From contig OX597818.1 in NCBI GenBank assembly GCA_951406725.2, positions 109,554,001 through 109,618,000 on the forward strand: DNA of 64,000 bases, read 5' to 3'. This DNA comes from Octopus vulgaris. Taxonomy: Eukaryota. Both the position numbers and the translations under genes were made by a program. Positions 20,891-35,084 of this stretch are shown here, piece after piece. Under the pieces are notes generated by a model. That model was given only the letters and a program-made list of their open reading frames with translations. It was not told the origin of the DNA and did not search any database. How positions within the stretch are numbered: position 1 is the stretch's first letter; each line of letters opens with the position of its first letter.

Positions 20891-23800
20891 TATTTTGCCT
20901 GGCATGCTAACGTTTCTGCCAGTTCACCTCCTTGTTCAAATTGTCACATGAATGGATTGAACCCAGTGCTACACAGTTGCAACCACTGCCATGCCTCTGC
21001 CGTTCACAGTTTGATTTACCAAAGGATGCCCTCTAATGGCATGTGCAGGTCTGTTTACTTCCCAACTGGTTCTTAGCTCCAAAGGATCTGTTTCATGATT
21101 AATAGGTGGTAACATCATCATCATCATCATTTAATGTCCGTTTTCCATGCCGGCATGGGTTGGATGGTTTAACTGAAAACTGGTAAGCCAGGGGGCTGCA
21201 CCAGATTCCAGTCTGATTCAACAAAGTTTCTACAGCTGGATGCTCTTCCTAACATCAACCACTCTGAGAGTGTAGTGGGTGCTATTTATATGCCACTGGC
21301 GCAGGTGCCATCTATGTGATACTGGCACGGGTGCCATTGACCTGACACTGGCATCAGCCACAACTACAGACTTGACTGGTCAACACAAGCATGGTATATT
21401 GCCAAGGGTCTTGGCCCACCTGAAGCCCAACGCTCGAATGGTGCTTTTTTTTATGTGGCACTGGCATGGGTGCCAGTCAGACAGCATTTCAGTCTTACTG
21501 TAGACTCACCTGTCAGTTACATCTAACCATGTAAAATCCGTACCTTTTAGAATGATTGGCAAATTGAATGCCTGGTAGAATAACACAGCATAATTATTGG
21601 GTGATAAAAAAAGGCCAAGTAAGATAAAAAAAAACAACACAGTTCACAATATAGAGGATATTGTTTTCAAGCAAGGTAATATTTCCCCATGACATGGATT
21701 TGCAGAGTGATGACATTGCTTGTATAACAGAGATACTCATTTGACAATTATCATTCAATGTCAAGACAAGGAGACACAAACATATATCTCACACACACAT
21801 GATGGGCTTCTTTCAGTTTCCATCCATGAAATCCACTCAAGGTTTTGATCAGCATGGGGCTGTAGTAGAAGACATTTGCTCATCTCATGCCCAGAACACA
21901 AAAGCTGCACAACTATTAGATTATGCAATGAAACCAAAATATTTTTTAATTTTTATTTTCTTCTCTAGGCACAAGGCCTGAAATGTTGGGGGAGGGGGCC
22001 AGTAAATTAAATTGACTCCAGTATGCAACTGGTACTTAATTTATCAACCCTGAAAGGATGAAAGGCAAAGTCGACCTTGGTGGAATTTGAACTCAGAATG
22101 TAAAGACATGAAATACTGCTTGGCATGCTAACGATTCTGCCAGCTTGCTGCCCTAATGAAGCCAAAATATTTATTTCTTTATTGCCCACAAGGGGACTTA
22201 ACATAGAGGGGACAAAGAAAGGGATCAAGTTGATTACATTGACCCCAGTGTGTAACTGGTACTTATTTAATCAACCCCGAAAGGATGAAAGGCAAAGTCA
22301 ACCTTGGCGGAATTTGAACTCAGAATGTAATGGCAGGCGAAATACCGGTAAGCATTTCGCCCGGCGTGCTAACGATTCTGCCAGACCACCATCCTAAATG
22401 AAACCAAAATATTGAAAGCTTACCTGTCATGTGAGGGACAGTTTCTTGTGAGACTGTGAGCCCTCACAGTCCTTCTTATTACAGGTACCAACCTCTTCAC
22501 ACAAATAGACATCTACAACATCACCCCAAGATACAGGCATTCAGCAACAGGACCTCTGTAATGCTATGATGGACCGTGAAGTCTGGCGTAGCGTGGTAAA
22601 TTCCATTGTCTCGACCACGGTCGAACAATGATGATGATGAAGATCAGGAGGGCCTCAGACAGGCATAAAAAAAAGCATATTTTAAAAATAGCCTCATCAT
22701 CATTTAATGTCTGTTGTCCATGCTGGCATGGGTTGGATGGTTTGACAGGGCTGGCACGCTGGAAGGCGGTACTAGACTCCAGTCTGATTTGACAGTTTTC
22801 TACGGCTGGATGCCCTTCTGAACGCCAACCACTCCGAGAGTGTAGTGGGTGCTTTTACATGCCATTTGTGTGACACTGGGGTGCGTTGATGTGCCACTAG
22901 CATGGGATTCCAATCTGCGTGACACCATTCATAGACAGCAGCACCAATCAATGCAACAGAACAGCAACCGTAACTTTCACAGTGAGCCCAGCTTTGTTCC
23001 TGCCAGACATTACAGAGTGGTCAGAATACAAAAGACCCAAACTGCAACACATGCAATTAAGCCCTGTAAGAATGGGCAGTAAATCTTCAACTGGATGGAG
23101 GTAAAAGATATCTACAACTGTGGATCACAGCTTGTCTGCCTGTGTGCCATAGATTTAGTTGAATGGGGCTGAAATAGGTGCTTGGCATCAGTGCACAAGG
23201 CTACCAAAGCAGTCAAGTTTTCAGGGGTTCTATCAAAGGCACAGGGCCACCAAATTTTGTGTAGGAGGAGAATCAATTTAATCAACCCCAAGAAGAGTGA
23301 AAGGCAAAATTAGCCTTTCTTTTTCTTTTACCAGTTTCAGTCATGAGACTGTGGCCATGCTGGAGCACCACCTTCAAGAAATTTTAGTGAAATGAATCAA
23401 CCCAAGTACTTGTTTTTTTTAAGCTTGCCACTATTGGTCTTGTTTTGCTGAACTGCTAAGTTACAGGGACGTAAACACACCGACACCGGTTGTCAAGCAG
23501 TGATGGTGGTGAAGACAGAGGTGCACACACGCATATACAGAAAGTTGAAGTTCCCTGCTAACCAACTCCATGTCAAACCGTCCAACCCATGCCAGCATTA
23601 AATGATGAAGATATACATACACACACTGACAATGGGCTTCTTACAGTTTGTGCCTGCCAAATCCACTCAGAAGGCTTTGGTCAGCTTGAGGCTATAGTAG
23701 AAGACACTTGCTCAAGGTGCCCTGCAGTAGAACTGAACCCAGAACCATGTGGTTGGGAAGCAAACTTCTTACCACAGCCATGCCTGGCCTCTGTAGGATT

Positions 23801-24351
23801 TGAAACTAAAATGTAAATTATGCCAGACAATGGCGTTAGGAAGGGCATCCAGCTGTAGAAACACTGCCAGATCAGACTGGAGCCTGGTGCAGCCCCCTGG
23901 CTTCCCAGACCCCGGTCGAACTGTCCAACCCATGCTAGCATGGAAAACAGACGTTAAACGATGATGATGATGAATAGCTCTTCTGCTAATCCACTACCTT
24001 TATTCACACAATAATCACAAAATCAAAGGATTCAAATTAAATAAAAACAATTAAATTTTATTTCTATGTTTTTTTTATTTAATTCAAAACTTTTTTTTTT
24101 TTACACAGTTTTTCCTCAGTTATTGAAACTCAACTAAACAGTCTACTGGTCTCTATTTTTTAATAGGATATAATGGAGCTAAGAAAAACATGTCACAAAA
24201 AATGATGCACCAAAATGAATAATTAAATAATTATTCATTTGGTTGGAACAAGTATTTTTTCTTTACTAATGCAACTTGGATGTGGAATTCATTCCACCAA
24301 TGAAAAATTGCTAAGCAAAGCAGAAAGTAACAAGGGGACAAGGTTATGCCA

Positions 24352-24590
24352 TATACACCGGGGTGCAAAAGTGGGTATACACTTATGAAAAAAAAAAAAA
24401 AAAAACCCGTACTATATTCATTTATTTTCATAAAAAAAAAAAAAAAAAAAAGCCTGAGTTTTTCAGTGTCGTTAATCATAACTTTAATAATACTTTTATT
24501 GTTAACTTCTAATTTTTTTAAATAAAAATAAATGAATATTGTGTGTGTGTGTTTTTAAACTGTATACCTACTTTTGCACCATGCAGTATA
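24352..24590. mobile_element. Tc1/mariner-like MITE
   Basis: Imperfect TIRs ggtgcaaaagtgggtataca / tgtatacctacttttgcacc with TA flanks. Confidence 0.5.
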
Positions 24591-25700
24591 CAAAGGCAAA
24601 TAAATGCTCACATCCTGTCATTCCTCAATACAGAGAAGAATTAAAGTAAAACGATTCTGCATTTGCTTTGGAATATGTTTACAATGAAGTTTATCCGAAT
24701 ACAGACAGGTTATTATTAATGAAAATTGTCTTCTTTGGAAACAAAAGTTAATGAGACATTTGTTACTCACAATATGCATTTCAAATTTAGGCACAGGGCC
24801 AGCAATTTCAGGGGCAGTCGATTATATCAACTCCAGTACTCAACCGGTACTTCTTTTATTAACCCTGAAAGGATGAAAGGCAAAGTCAAACATGGCAGAA
24901 TTTGAAGAAATGTTGCTAAACTTTTTCTCCTGATGCAATAATGATTCTGCCAGCTCACCATTTTACTTGCTACTCACAAATATTAAGAGTTTTTATAAGC
25001 CATCTTATAAACATCTCATTGTAGTTATGTTTATGAAAACTGATCCATTCAGAAGTTCCAGGTTTAACTTTACCAAAAGTAAAATTTGACAAAAATGAAA
25101 AAAAAAAAAAAAAAGAGAGCAACAACTTGTTTACCATTTTGGTTTCATAATAGGATTGGATTATTGAACTATAAAGGGATACAAATATATGTATGTGTGT
25201 AAACTATCAGTTTACCAGTTTTAAGTGAGGGCTGCCAAAGATAATCAGATTGACACAATTTCTGATAATTTGTGTGTTTTTCCTTTGTACAACGTAGTTT
25301 AAAAAAAGTTACCCACTTTTGCATGTTTGCATGAGTGGAACAGTTTATTGTCAGAGCAATTTCTTTAGCAGTTAGATGCACTTTTTACTACTAACCATTT
25401 CTCTTTGATGTAGGAGTGGTCGAACCTGTTTTGTATCCATTCAGACAGAGTTAATTACCCCATTTAGGAGCACAAAACAATAACAGTAGTAACATCTGAA
25501 CTACATGAGCATGTGGTCATTAATCCACCATGTTAACCTCACAACCATTTTATCTCAAGTTAGCAAATTAATAGAAAATTATGACAAAAAAAAAAAATGT
25601 TAGAAGTATAGCACTTGAGAGATGTATATAAATAACTATGAAATGATATATTAAAATTTAGAACTATATAATCAGTGAAGGAAATGCTTCGGAGCCACAG

Positions 25701-27209
25701 CTAGCCTTTATGAGTCCTAGTATGTTTTTTCAGTGTATCTTGTCTAGAAAATTCTTTCCCACACTGATCACATTTGTATGGCTTTTCCCCAGTATGAGTT
25801 CTCATATGTACTTTAAGATTGAAGCTATTTGTGAACATTTTAGGACAAGCTTCACAATGGAACGGTTTATCGCCTGTATGAATGCGAATATGACGACGGA
25901 GCAGGCTTCGGTTGGTGAAGTTTTTAGGACAGTGGAGACATTTAAATAGACTCTCACCTGTATGACTTTTCAGGTGCAGCCCGAGAATATCCTGACGAGA
26001 AAATGTACGACTACAATAAACACAAGTGAACGGACGTTCCCCAGTGTGTGTTCTAATGTGACCCTGGAGGGTAGTCTTGTGTGAGAAGCATTTGCAACAA
26101 TGGGGACAGCTATAAGGACGTTCCCCACTGTGTACACGGCGATGGACACGAAGTCGGGAACTGCTGATGAATGCAAGTTCACAGGTAGGGCACTGATAAG
26201 GTTTCTCTCCCGTATGGCGCCGTAGATGGACATTAAGGTGAGAACTGACGGCAAATGTTCGGTCGCAGTAAGCGCATTCGTAAGGTCTTTCACCAGTGTG
26301 GGTGCGTGTATGCTCTTGCAGAGTGTCCGGTCTAGCAAATGTGCGTGGACAGTGGTTACAATGATAAGGACGTTCTCCAGTGTGTGTACGGGTATGTATC
26401 TTGAGGTTTGAGTTGGTGGTGAAAGTTTTAGCACAGAAGGTGCATTGGTAGGGCCTCTCTCCGCTATGTGATCGTATATGGATCTTCAACCTGAAGCCAT
26501 ATGCAAATGTCTTCAAGCAATGAATGCACTGATAAGGCTGTTCTGATTTATGAGAACGAAGATGAGTCGTTAAATCAGACTTACACGAGAACACACGATT
26601 ACACTGATCACATCTGGGCAAATTACTTGTTACACTGTCCTCGCAATCTTTGTTGGATTCCATTTGGTTAGCCAGCTGATCGCTATAATCTTCATTGCTA
26701 TTCGAAGCACCCTTATTATTGATGGCTTTTTCTTGGTAGCTTTGATCTTTGCTAAATTTACTAGTGTTGCCAGCATAATTAGGAATTGATCCAGCATTAG
26801 TATCCAAATTCTGAGCAAGATCAACATCAAGATTAAAATCAAGACCATGAGTCGGACTTGGATCAATATCTTGGTTGCCTGAAAGATCGGAAAGTGATTG
26901 ATTTTGTGACGATAGATTCGACGGTTTTGCAATGTGTGATTTCAAATGTATTCTTAGACTGGTTGTGCTGGGGAAAACCTCCCCACAATAAAGACACACG
27001 CTTCTGTTGTTGTTGTTGTTGCTGTTGTTGGTAGCCATATTTCTGTCCATGTCATGATTCATGTCTCTGTACAAGTTTCGAGGGAGCAGATTAGAGTTGG
27101 TGTAGTCTGTGAGATGCTGAGATCTTTGGTTGTCTCCATACAGAGATAATGGATAGTTTATGTTGCTACTGTCAGGCAGAGTCTGGTTCATATTATAATT
27201 ATTCGCCAT
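25701..27209 (-). CDS. C2H2 zinc-finger protein, 502 aa (1 isolated plus 11 tandem fingers), single coding exon
   Basis: CxxC-x12-HxxxH repeats with TGERPY/TGEKPY linkers; ATG at 27209 in strong context (acaccATGg); probable acceptor ttctttag| opens the exon at 27347. Confidence 0.93.
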   Translation of the reverse strand: MANNYNMNQTLPDSSNINYPLSLYGDNQRSQHLTDYTNSNLLPRNLYRDMNHDMDRNMATNNSNNNNNRSVCLYCGEVFPSTTSLRIHLKSHIAKPSNLSSQNQSLSDLSGNQDIDPSPTHGLDFNLDVDLAQNLDTNAGSIPNYAGNTSKFSKDQSYQEKAINNKGASNSNEDYSDQLANQMESNKDCEDSVTSNLPRCDQCNRVFSCKSDLTTHLRSHKSEQPYQCIHCLKTFAYGFRLKIHIRSHSGERPYQCTFCAKTFTTNSNLKIHTRTHTGERPYHCNHCPRTFARPDTLQEHTRTHTGERPYECAYCDRTFAVSSHLNVHLRRHTGEKPYQCPTCELAFISSSRLRVHRRVHSGERPYSCPHCCKCFSHKTTLQGHIRTHTGERPFTCVYCSRTFSRQDILGLHLKSHTGESLFKCLHCPKNFTNRSLLRRHIRIHTGDKPFHCEACPKMFTNSFNLKVHMRTHTGEKPYKCDQCGKEFSRQDTLKKHTRTHKG

Positions 27210-27622
27210 GGTGTTTGTCACTCGAATTTTATTCCTCAGTCTCTTAAGAAAGGTTAAATTTCCAAAGCACTGTTGAATGTGTGAAGTTCTCAGGTGAGAA
27301 ATGGAAGAAGAAAGAATTCTTTGAACCAACAGGAAATTCTTATTTTACTAAAGAAAACAAAACAAAAAAAAAGTCATTTAGTCCAGAGCTTCATCATAAT
27401 ATTGTGCAACAACATATAACAATAATAATAAAAAAAAGGATCAACATTAATAATAAACATTCTGAAGAACTCTCAATATATTTTCTCTGAATCTGCATTA
27501 AATATCCCAAAAATTGCCTCAGATAGTTTGAATGTATTTTTAAAAAATCGGAACTAAAAGCTGGTAATGGAAGCTGAAATGTGAACTTTTGCTATTAGAA
27601 AACCAATTCTTACTGTATTTAA

Positions 27623-28664
27623 CCCTTTCGTTACTATATTTCTGACCAAAATACACCCCTTATGTGTTTCAATTAATTTCTAACATAATCATAAATTTAG
27701 TCTGGTTTCATTAAACAACTATAACTTTTTTATTTATCAATATATTAACGTGAATTTTGGAAGATAATTTAATGAAATGTTCTCAACCAATTCTATACTA
27801 TAATTTTTGTCACAAAGTGACTAATTGCAGGTAGATACAGGTAAATTCAACAAAATATAAAATTATTAAAATTTTGTTCAAACATCGCTATAGAAAATGG
27901 GTTATTAGCTAATATTCAATTGGGTATACAACAAAATTTTACGATAGAATTTGTTATTCTGGGTAACTTTCTGATACGCATAATAATATTTATGGCAAAA
28001 TAGTCTTAATTTCATTTAAGGTTATGGGAAACCACAAAGTATCCTTTCTTTTGTTTTGTTTACATTTAGCGTAACGGTTCGTTTCCGCCGTAATGATTTC
28101 AAATAGGCTCATTCGAAAAAGTAAAAAGAAATAGTCTAAGGCTTTACTCTTCTGGGAAAGTCTGTGGCTTGGTCCAGTTTCTTCAGAAAAATCACAGAAA
28201 GAAACAGTTTTTAAATTTTCACTCCATTCAGGTGCCAATTCATTTTCTTTATCGCTGTCGGAGCTCTCGGATTCACTGTTTTCACTTTTGGAAAATGAAA
28301 CATCAGATTCATTATCAAATACCACATGCTTTTTTGTTTTTCAGTCATAGAGTTAGATTTATGAAGGTCTTCAGTAGAAAATCCTTCGAATTCTGACTCG
28401 CTGCTTGATATAATGAAATTCGTATCCATTTTTTGTCAGAATTACAAATTTTGAAAACACAATAGGAACAAATTTCGGAAAAAAATCTCCCAAAATTCAC
28501 GGAATTAAAATTACACTTCAATTTTTGTACAAAACTGTTGTTGAACTCTTCACGAAGTATAATACGTATTTTCATGAATATACTAAAGAGATTTGCTCTG
28601 ATATTCTCATTTAAATATGAATAGGTAAATTCGGGCGGCTTTGGGCGGTTTGGTAACGAAAGGG
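27623..28664 (-). mobile_element. Internally deleted piggyBac transposon
   Basis: Perfect 12-bp TIRs CCCTTTCGTTAC/GTAACGAAAGGG with TTAA flanks; acidic N-terminus and FSEETGP...LDYFFLLF...IITAETNRYA...WFPITLNEIK transposase fragment; catalytic domain absent. Confidence 0.9.
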
Positions 28665-30233
28665 TTAAAAAGAAAGCAAAAACAAATTCTAATTGGAATG
28701 AAACAGTTTATGAAATTAAATTCACAATGTGTCTCATAAAATGTATTAAGAGGTCACATACAAGCCTCATGGTCACTGTTCTTTAATTTGATAAAAAGTA
28801 CTGGAGTTAGTTCCATGTAATAAGTACTGGTGATGGTGCCATGTGAAAAGTATGGGTGATGGTACCATGTGAAAAGCACCCAATACACACTGTAATGTGG
28901 TTGGTGTTAGGAAGAGCATCCAGCCATAACCCTCCCTCCTGCTACCCCATTACATTCATACTAATACTCTCCTCACCTTCTATTCACACTATTGGTCACC
29001 TTTGCTTCGGACGTTATGCAGAGGAGAAAGAAGACAAGACAACCTCTGTGGTGCTGGTGCCACAATAAAATGCACTCAATATGCTCTGTAAAGTGATTGG
29101 TATTAGGAAGGACATCCAACTGTAGAAACCACGCCGAAAAGGAACAAATGAATGAGACAGGGTCTTCTAATTGCCTAAGAGGGCAGTTACTCTAAATAAC
29201 AATTTACTTGGAGCATGAGGACTCATATGGAAAGCAAACTTAAATGTGTATGTAATTAAGAAGCTAACTTTGTAACCATGTGGTTTCAGGTTCGGTCTCA
29301 ATCCATGGCACCTTGGGCCAATGTCTTGCATTACAGCCCCAGACCAACCAATGCCTTGTGAGTGAATTTGATTGATGGAATTGTGTGAAAGCTCATTGTG
29401 TGTGTGTGTGTGTGTGCATGTGTGTTTGTACCCCCATTGCATGACAACCAGTGTTGGATTGTTGACGTCCCAGCAGCGTAACGATTTGGCAAATAAAAAA
29501 AGAAAAAAGAAAAAAAAGACCAATAGTATACCTATCAGACATAGAAAAGAAGTACTAGGATTGATTTGTTCAAGTAATTCCTTCAAAGAGGTGCACCAAC
29601 ATGGTAGCAGTCCAAGAACTGAGACAAGTAAAATGATATGTATGAACAAATATTTATCAACATAGCTGATCATTCAATTAGGTCAAGGTAAAATATTATC
29701 TGTTTTAGATTGAATCAGACAGTTTGATTTACAACTTGAAGTGCATGTAATAGATATCTTTAAAAAGGATGAAATCTAAGTACAATGATGGTGTCTTTGG
29801 CATCCTTTGGTGAGCATGCTTTCCATGCTAGCATGGGTTGGACGATTTGACTGAGGGCTGGCGAACCAGAAGGCTGCACCAGGCTCCAATCTTAATCTGG
29901 CAGAGTTTCTACAGCTGGATGCCCTTCCTAACACCAACCACTCCAAGAGTGTGGTGGGTGCTTTTATGTGCCACTGGCACGGGGCCAGCCTGGCAATACT
30001 GGCAATGACCTCGCTCGAATCTTTTACACATGTCACCGGCACAGGTGTCAGTAAGGCGATGCTGGTATAAATCCTTAAAAATGTTTTAGCCTGAAGGCGG
30101 CGGCCATGCTGGGGCACCACCGCTGTATTTTTAACTCGCTGTAAAATATCTCTGGATAGTTTTTTTTTAAAACCCTTTAGCATTCAGATTACACTGTAAC
30201 ATGTAATGCTTATTTTTTTCACTTTATTTTGAA

Positions 30234-30490
30234 CTAGCTGGGCCCATGCTGTCAAAAATGACGGCTAGTTGTAGTATTTTATATATAAATAAGGACAGTA
30301 AATCAAATTAATACACTTGTCAATGTTATCTAGTGGTTGTCTTTTGAGATGTGACATTGATCATCGTTTGTTACTTAAAGAACGCTAGTTCACACATACA
30401 TTCACATACCTCCCTTTTACACCCCCCCACCACACAGCTGAAATGCTCCCACTACCAGTTTCCTCCCTTCCTTATTCATCTATCACCCTA
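30234..30490 (-). mobile_element. Probable Helitron 3' remnant inserted in a MITE
   Basis: CTAG terminus next to hairpin gctgtca-aaaa-tgacggc; interrupts the MITE beginning at about 30170. Confidence 0.45.
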
Positions 30491-31249
30491 TATATATATA
30501 CTCTTTACTCTTTTACTTGTTTCAGTCATTTGACTGCGGCCATGCTGGAGCACTGCCTTTAGTCGAGCAAATCGACCCCTGGACTTATTCTTTGTAAGCC
30601 CAGTACTTATTCTATCGGTCTCTTTTGCCGAACCACTAAGTGACGGGGACGTAAACACACCAGCATCGGTTGTCAAGCAATGCTAGGGGGACAAACACAG
30701 ACACACACATATATATATATATACATATATACGACAGGCTTCTTTCAGTTTCCGTCTACCAAATCCACTCACAAGGCATTGGTCGGCCCGGGGCTATAGT
30801 AGAAGACACTTGCCCAAGATGCCATGCAGTGGAACTGAACCCGCAACCATGTGGTTGGTTAGCAAGCTATATATATAATATGCGCAAGTGTGAGTGTATG
30901 GTAAAAAGTTTGATTCCCAACCACATGTTTCCGAGTTCAGTCTCGCTGTGTGACACCTTGGGCAACTAAAACCTTGTCAATGGATCTGGAAGACGGAAAC
31001 GGAAAGAAGCCCCTGGTGTATGCATGTATGAATATATACATATATGTGTGAGCATGCGTGTTTGTTTCGCAACTAGTGTTGGTGTTCACGTCCCTGTAAC
31101 TTAGTGGTTCGGCATAAGTAAGCGATAGAATAAGTACTAGTACTTTTAAAAACAAAGTACAGATGTCATTTGACTAAACCCTTCAAGGCAGTGTCCCAGC
31201 ATGGCCGCAGTCCAATTGAAAACAAAATGAAAGGCTCTGACGGGGGAAA

Positions 31250-33950
31250 TGGGCAACAAGTAGGAGATCGTTGGGTGGAGGGGATGGGCTGCAACAAGCG
31301 ACGACGGTGCAGTAGTCATACCTTAGAATATAGAATATATACGGACCGAGTAAAGCTATTTAAAATGCTAAGTAAAAAGTTCTGGACAGCAGCGACGTCC
31401 TCCACTGACAATTAACTGTTTTAATCATTGAATAGGTGTGCGTTTGACGGAGTAAGAAATATATATAAAGACTGGTGTATAACAGTTTATCTACGTTAAA
31501 ATCATTAAAATATTCAAATTCATTTCGTCAGTTCCGAATTTTACTAAACTAGAAGATGAAGTACAACTATGAGAATAAATGTCGTGAGTTAAGGAATACA
31601 ACGAATTCGGTCAAACAACGGAAATATGTGAAGTCTTCAAGTAATCAATGGGAAATAAAGGCGAAAGAAAGAAAAAGAAAACATTTATAGATTTAAATGA
31701 GAATGCAGCACTAAATGTATTAGAATTTTTAGAATAGTCATTCACCTGTCTTTAATTCAGTTTTAATCTGCAATTGGTGCCAGTAAAACGAGAGATCGAA
31801 CCATCGGTTTGGCTTCAGTATTTATATTTAATTGAAGAAGGCACTGTATGTAGCTGGTGGTAAATGTTTGCTAGGGTCACTGGCAAAAGGGAAAGATAGT
31901 AAAAAAAAAAAAAAGAAGCTAATACTTAAAAATACAAAAAAGTAAAAACGATAATTAAAGTAACTCTACAAATTTGTCTCTGGTTTTTATTTTATGCATA
32001 TACATGGAATAATTAATTATTACACAATCTCGGACGGAATTATATCTAAATATATATGTTTAATTATAATAAACAATAATCTATATATTCTTTAGCCCAT
32101 GTTACTGGTATCAACTTTACTTCCAATAATCGGAACTTAAAGCAAAAACCATATCGGCAGGAACTAAGGAATGCTCCCTAGTTTAAACCTCCAACTCACA
32201 TGGAAACTCATCATCTGACCGAAGGGAACAAGAAAAGATTTCCCATTACTCTGATATCTTAATTAAATTATTATTACAAACAAAATGGAAGAAATTCTTA
32301 TGACACGAAGTCTGAATGCAAAATAAAGAATACAGAGAAATAAAACATTCGTTGTGTATTAAAAAACATGCAAAACACACACACACAGATGAACATGCAT
32401 ACACACACATACATAAATATATGCACACACACACACATGAAGTGTTTGCTGCAAGAAACACACATGTGCAAACACACACATATACATGAACATGCATACA
32501 CACACATACATAAACATTTGCATACACACACACACACATATATATATATATAAACATATGCATATATATATAAATATATACACATAAAAACATACATCTA
32601 TTCACACACACACACGTATGTGTGTCTAAAAGCGGAGGGTGGTGGTTTAAGCTATGAATTATTCCTCCTTAATGAGAAACAAAAACATTGTATTTAACGT
32701 CGATCGGCGGCAGATCAGGTGAAATGATTAACATTGGAATTATTTTAAAATGGAAAGCAAAACAAATTTCGGCTGCCAGTGAAATGAATAAATTTTCCAC
32801 GGCTTACATTATACGTGGATGTGTGTGTATTTAAGCATATACACACACGTGTGTGTATGAGACGTGTGTTGTATGTGTGCGTAGATTGTATGTGTGTGCG
32901 TGTGTGTTGTATGTGTGTGTGTGTGTTGTATGTATGTGTGTGTGTGTTGTGTGTGTGCGTGGATTGTATGTGTGTGTGTGTGTGGTCCACCTTCAACTGC
33001 AACTCGCTCCCCCCTCCCAAGTAAACATCCGACAGCAAATTTCATGCAAAAATCATAAGCATCGTTTCCTTACCATTTTCTGGCAACAATTTTGCATTAT
33101 TCCAAAATCACAAACGAAGAACACATTTCGGTCAGAACCAAACCAGCAACGACGACCCCTGCTTCTCTCTCTCCTCTTTTGCTGTCTTTTGTTTAAATAT
33201 ATTCTTGGAAAGACTACACAAGAAACCAGAACAGTAAAGCCGGTGTAAGCCGAGAACATGTACACTTTGTAAGGGTAATCCTGAATAGCGGACTTCTTGA
33301 TACAAAATCGAAACTCGACGGAGCAGTTTCAAATTCAGTTCTGTTTTGCTGGCTTTATTTTTGACCAAAACATTAATGTAACAACTTTACATGTGTTTTT
33401 TTTTTACTCTAAGTTATAAGATATGAGTCTAGACAACAGGTTTTTTTTTTTAAATGATCCTGTTAATGTCGTTTTCGTCCCTTTTTTAAATATTTTATTT
33501 CCCCACCTCTGATGTGGCATCAATACAATAAGGGATTGAGTTTATTAATTAATGCCACATACGAATCTTTGAAAAATATTGTTTTAAAATCTTGGTAAAT
33601 CGAATCAACGCCCTGGCTATGGACCCACCTGATCGGGATTGTAAGGTGTTTTGTAGGCCTATTGACTTTACATTAGTAATTCCTTCCGTATTTATTTTGT
33701 GTCTTATGTCTAAGTAGTAGATAATTATTTTGGCAAACTAGGCGAAGTCGCCCTAATTTGAAGATGATAATGTAGGCCATTTACTTGCCATGCTGTGATT
33801 ACCTTTGATTACTCGTAGCCCGTAAAAAACATTAAATTCCTGGAGGCCAAAAATTATAGGACAAAAAATAATTCTATTTAGTACGGTTTTTTTTTTTCAC
33901 CATTCTTACTGCACGGTCTACTATCCCAATTCCGATGTATACTACCTTTC
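31250..33950. promoter_or_regulatory. CpG-retaining region, probable promoter/5' end of the zinc-finger gene (candidate non-coding exon ending at the minus-strand donor gacag|gtgaat at 31746)
   Basis: More intact CpG than in the gene bodies by eye; lies upstream of the 27347 acceptor; no transcript evidence. Confidence 0.35.
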
Positions 33951-35084
33951 GCAAAACTTTCTTACTTCGCATTCTTCATCCGTATGTATATTTCTTTAAT
34001 TGCTAAGGGAATTTTTTGTCAAAAAGTTAAAATTCATAAGAACGTTTCTTTCAAGGTTAACACTAAAGATAAAAACCAACTTTTTTATGATTAATCATCA
34101 TAAATGATGCAGTCTTCCAGCATGTCAGCTCAGTCAAACCGTCCAACCCATGCCAGCATGGACAGCGGACGTTAAATGATGATGATGATGATGATGATGA
34201 CGAAAGTTAAAATAAGGTTAAAAAATGTAATCTCATAAAAAAGAAAATTTCTTATCGTTAGATATTGAAAAGAATAAATAAATTCATTAATATGTGTTAG
34301 CCCCTTTTTTTTATAAAAAAAACTATTAGCTAAATATGTATGATATCGGTACTTATTAATATTATATATACACTGTTATATATTTTGTTTTATTTTGTTC
34401 GGTTACCTTCCTTTTTGTACAAATATGTATTATATTATACAAGTGTAGCATTATGATGTATAAGTTTTTATATTTTACTTTTTTATATTTTTATATTTAT
34501 ATGTATATGATTATATAATATTTTTCACTATTATAACAAACTTAATTTAATTCTCTGAAGAGGCCGTGGGGCATCTTTTTAATGCCTCATTTATACCTGC
34601 CTTTATGGCTTATAGGTTAAATGAGGTATGACTTCTCACTGCGAGCTGTCAGTTTTGATTTATTTGCATATTGTATTTGTAACTTATATCTCTTTATCTT
34701 TTTACTATTACTGTATATCTCATTTCATTTTATATATTGCCTTTACTCTATGTAATGGTGTATTAAAGTATGGATTGAATATCATCGGATAGTTGATGTT
34801 TTATTGATTTAAGTATGTTTTCCATTCTCTAATTTTGTAGTATATTATATATATATATATCACGCGATCACGTGACCGACCAGACCATCAGATGTTGTTA
34901 CCCATCGCTGGTCACAATGCGTTCGCATTGTTTTAGCCTTCGAATGACGCCACCCTGCTGGCTAAGCGAGCAGGCCAATATATATATATATATATATTTA
35001 TGTATTGGTTAAACCTAAATTTGATATATATTTCTACTAATTTTTAATTGAGTTGTTGAACTGAAATTTCTCTTTGGAGCTATT

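Noticed and set aside
22849-23104. Non-repetitive-looking short ORFs as possible exons of another gene
   Set aside because: No recognisable domain or convincing splice pair, and they begin inside a SINE.
27210-27329. 40-aa N-terminal extension of the zinc-finger ORF
   Set aside because: Starts at TTG; the first ATG, in strong Kozak context, is at 27209. An extension via an upstream coding exon cannot be fully excluded.
32246-33045. Cys/Val/His/Thr-rich ORFs (similar at 48278-48729 and 59595-60342)
   Set aside because: Translations of CA/TG and TATG microsatellites and SINEs.
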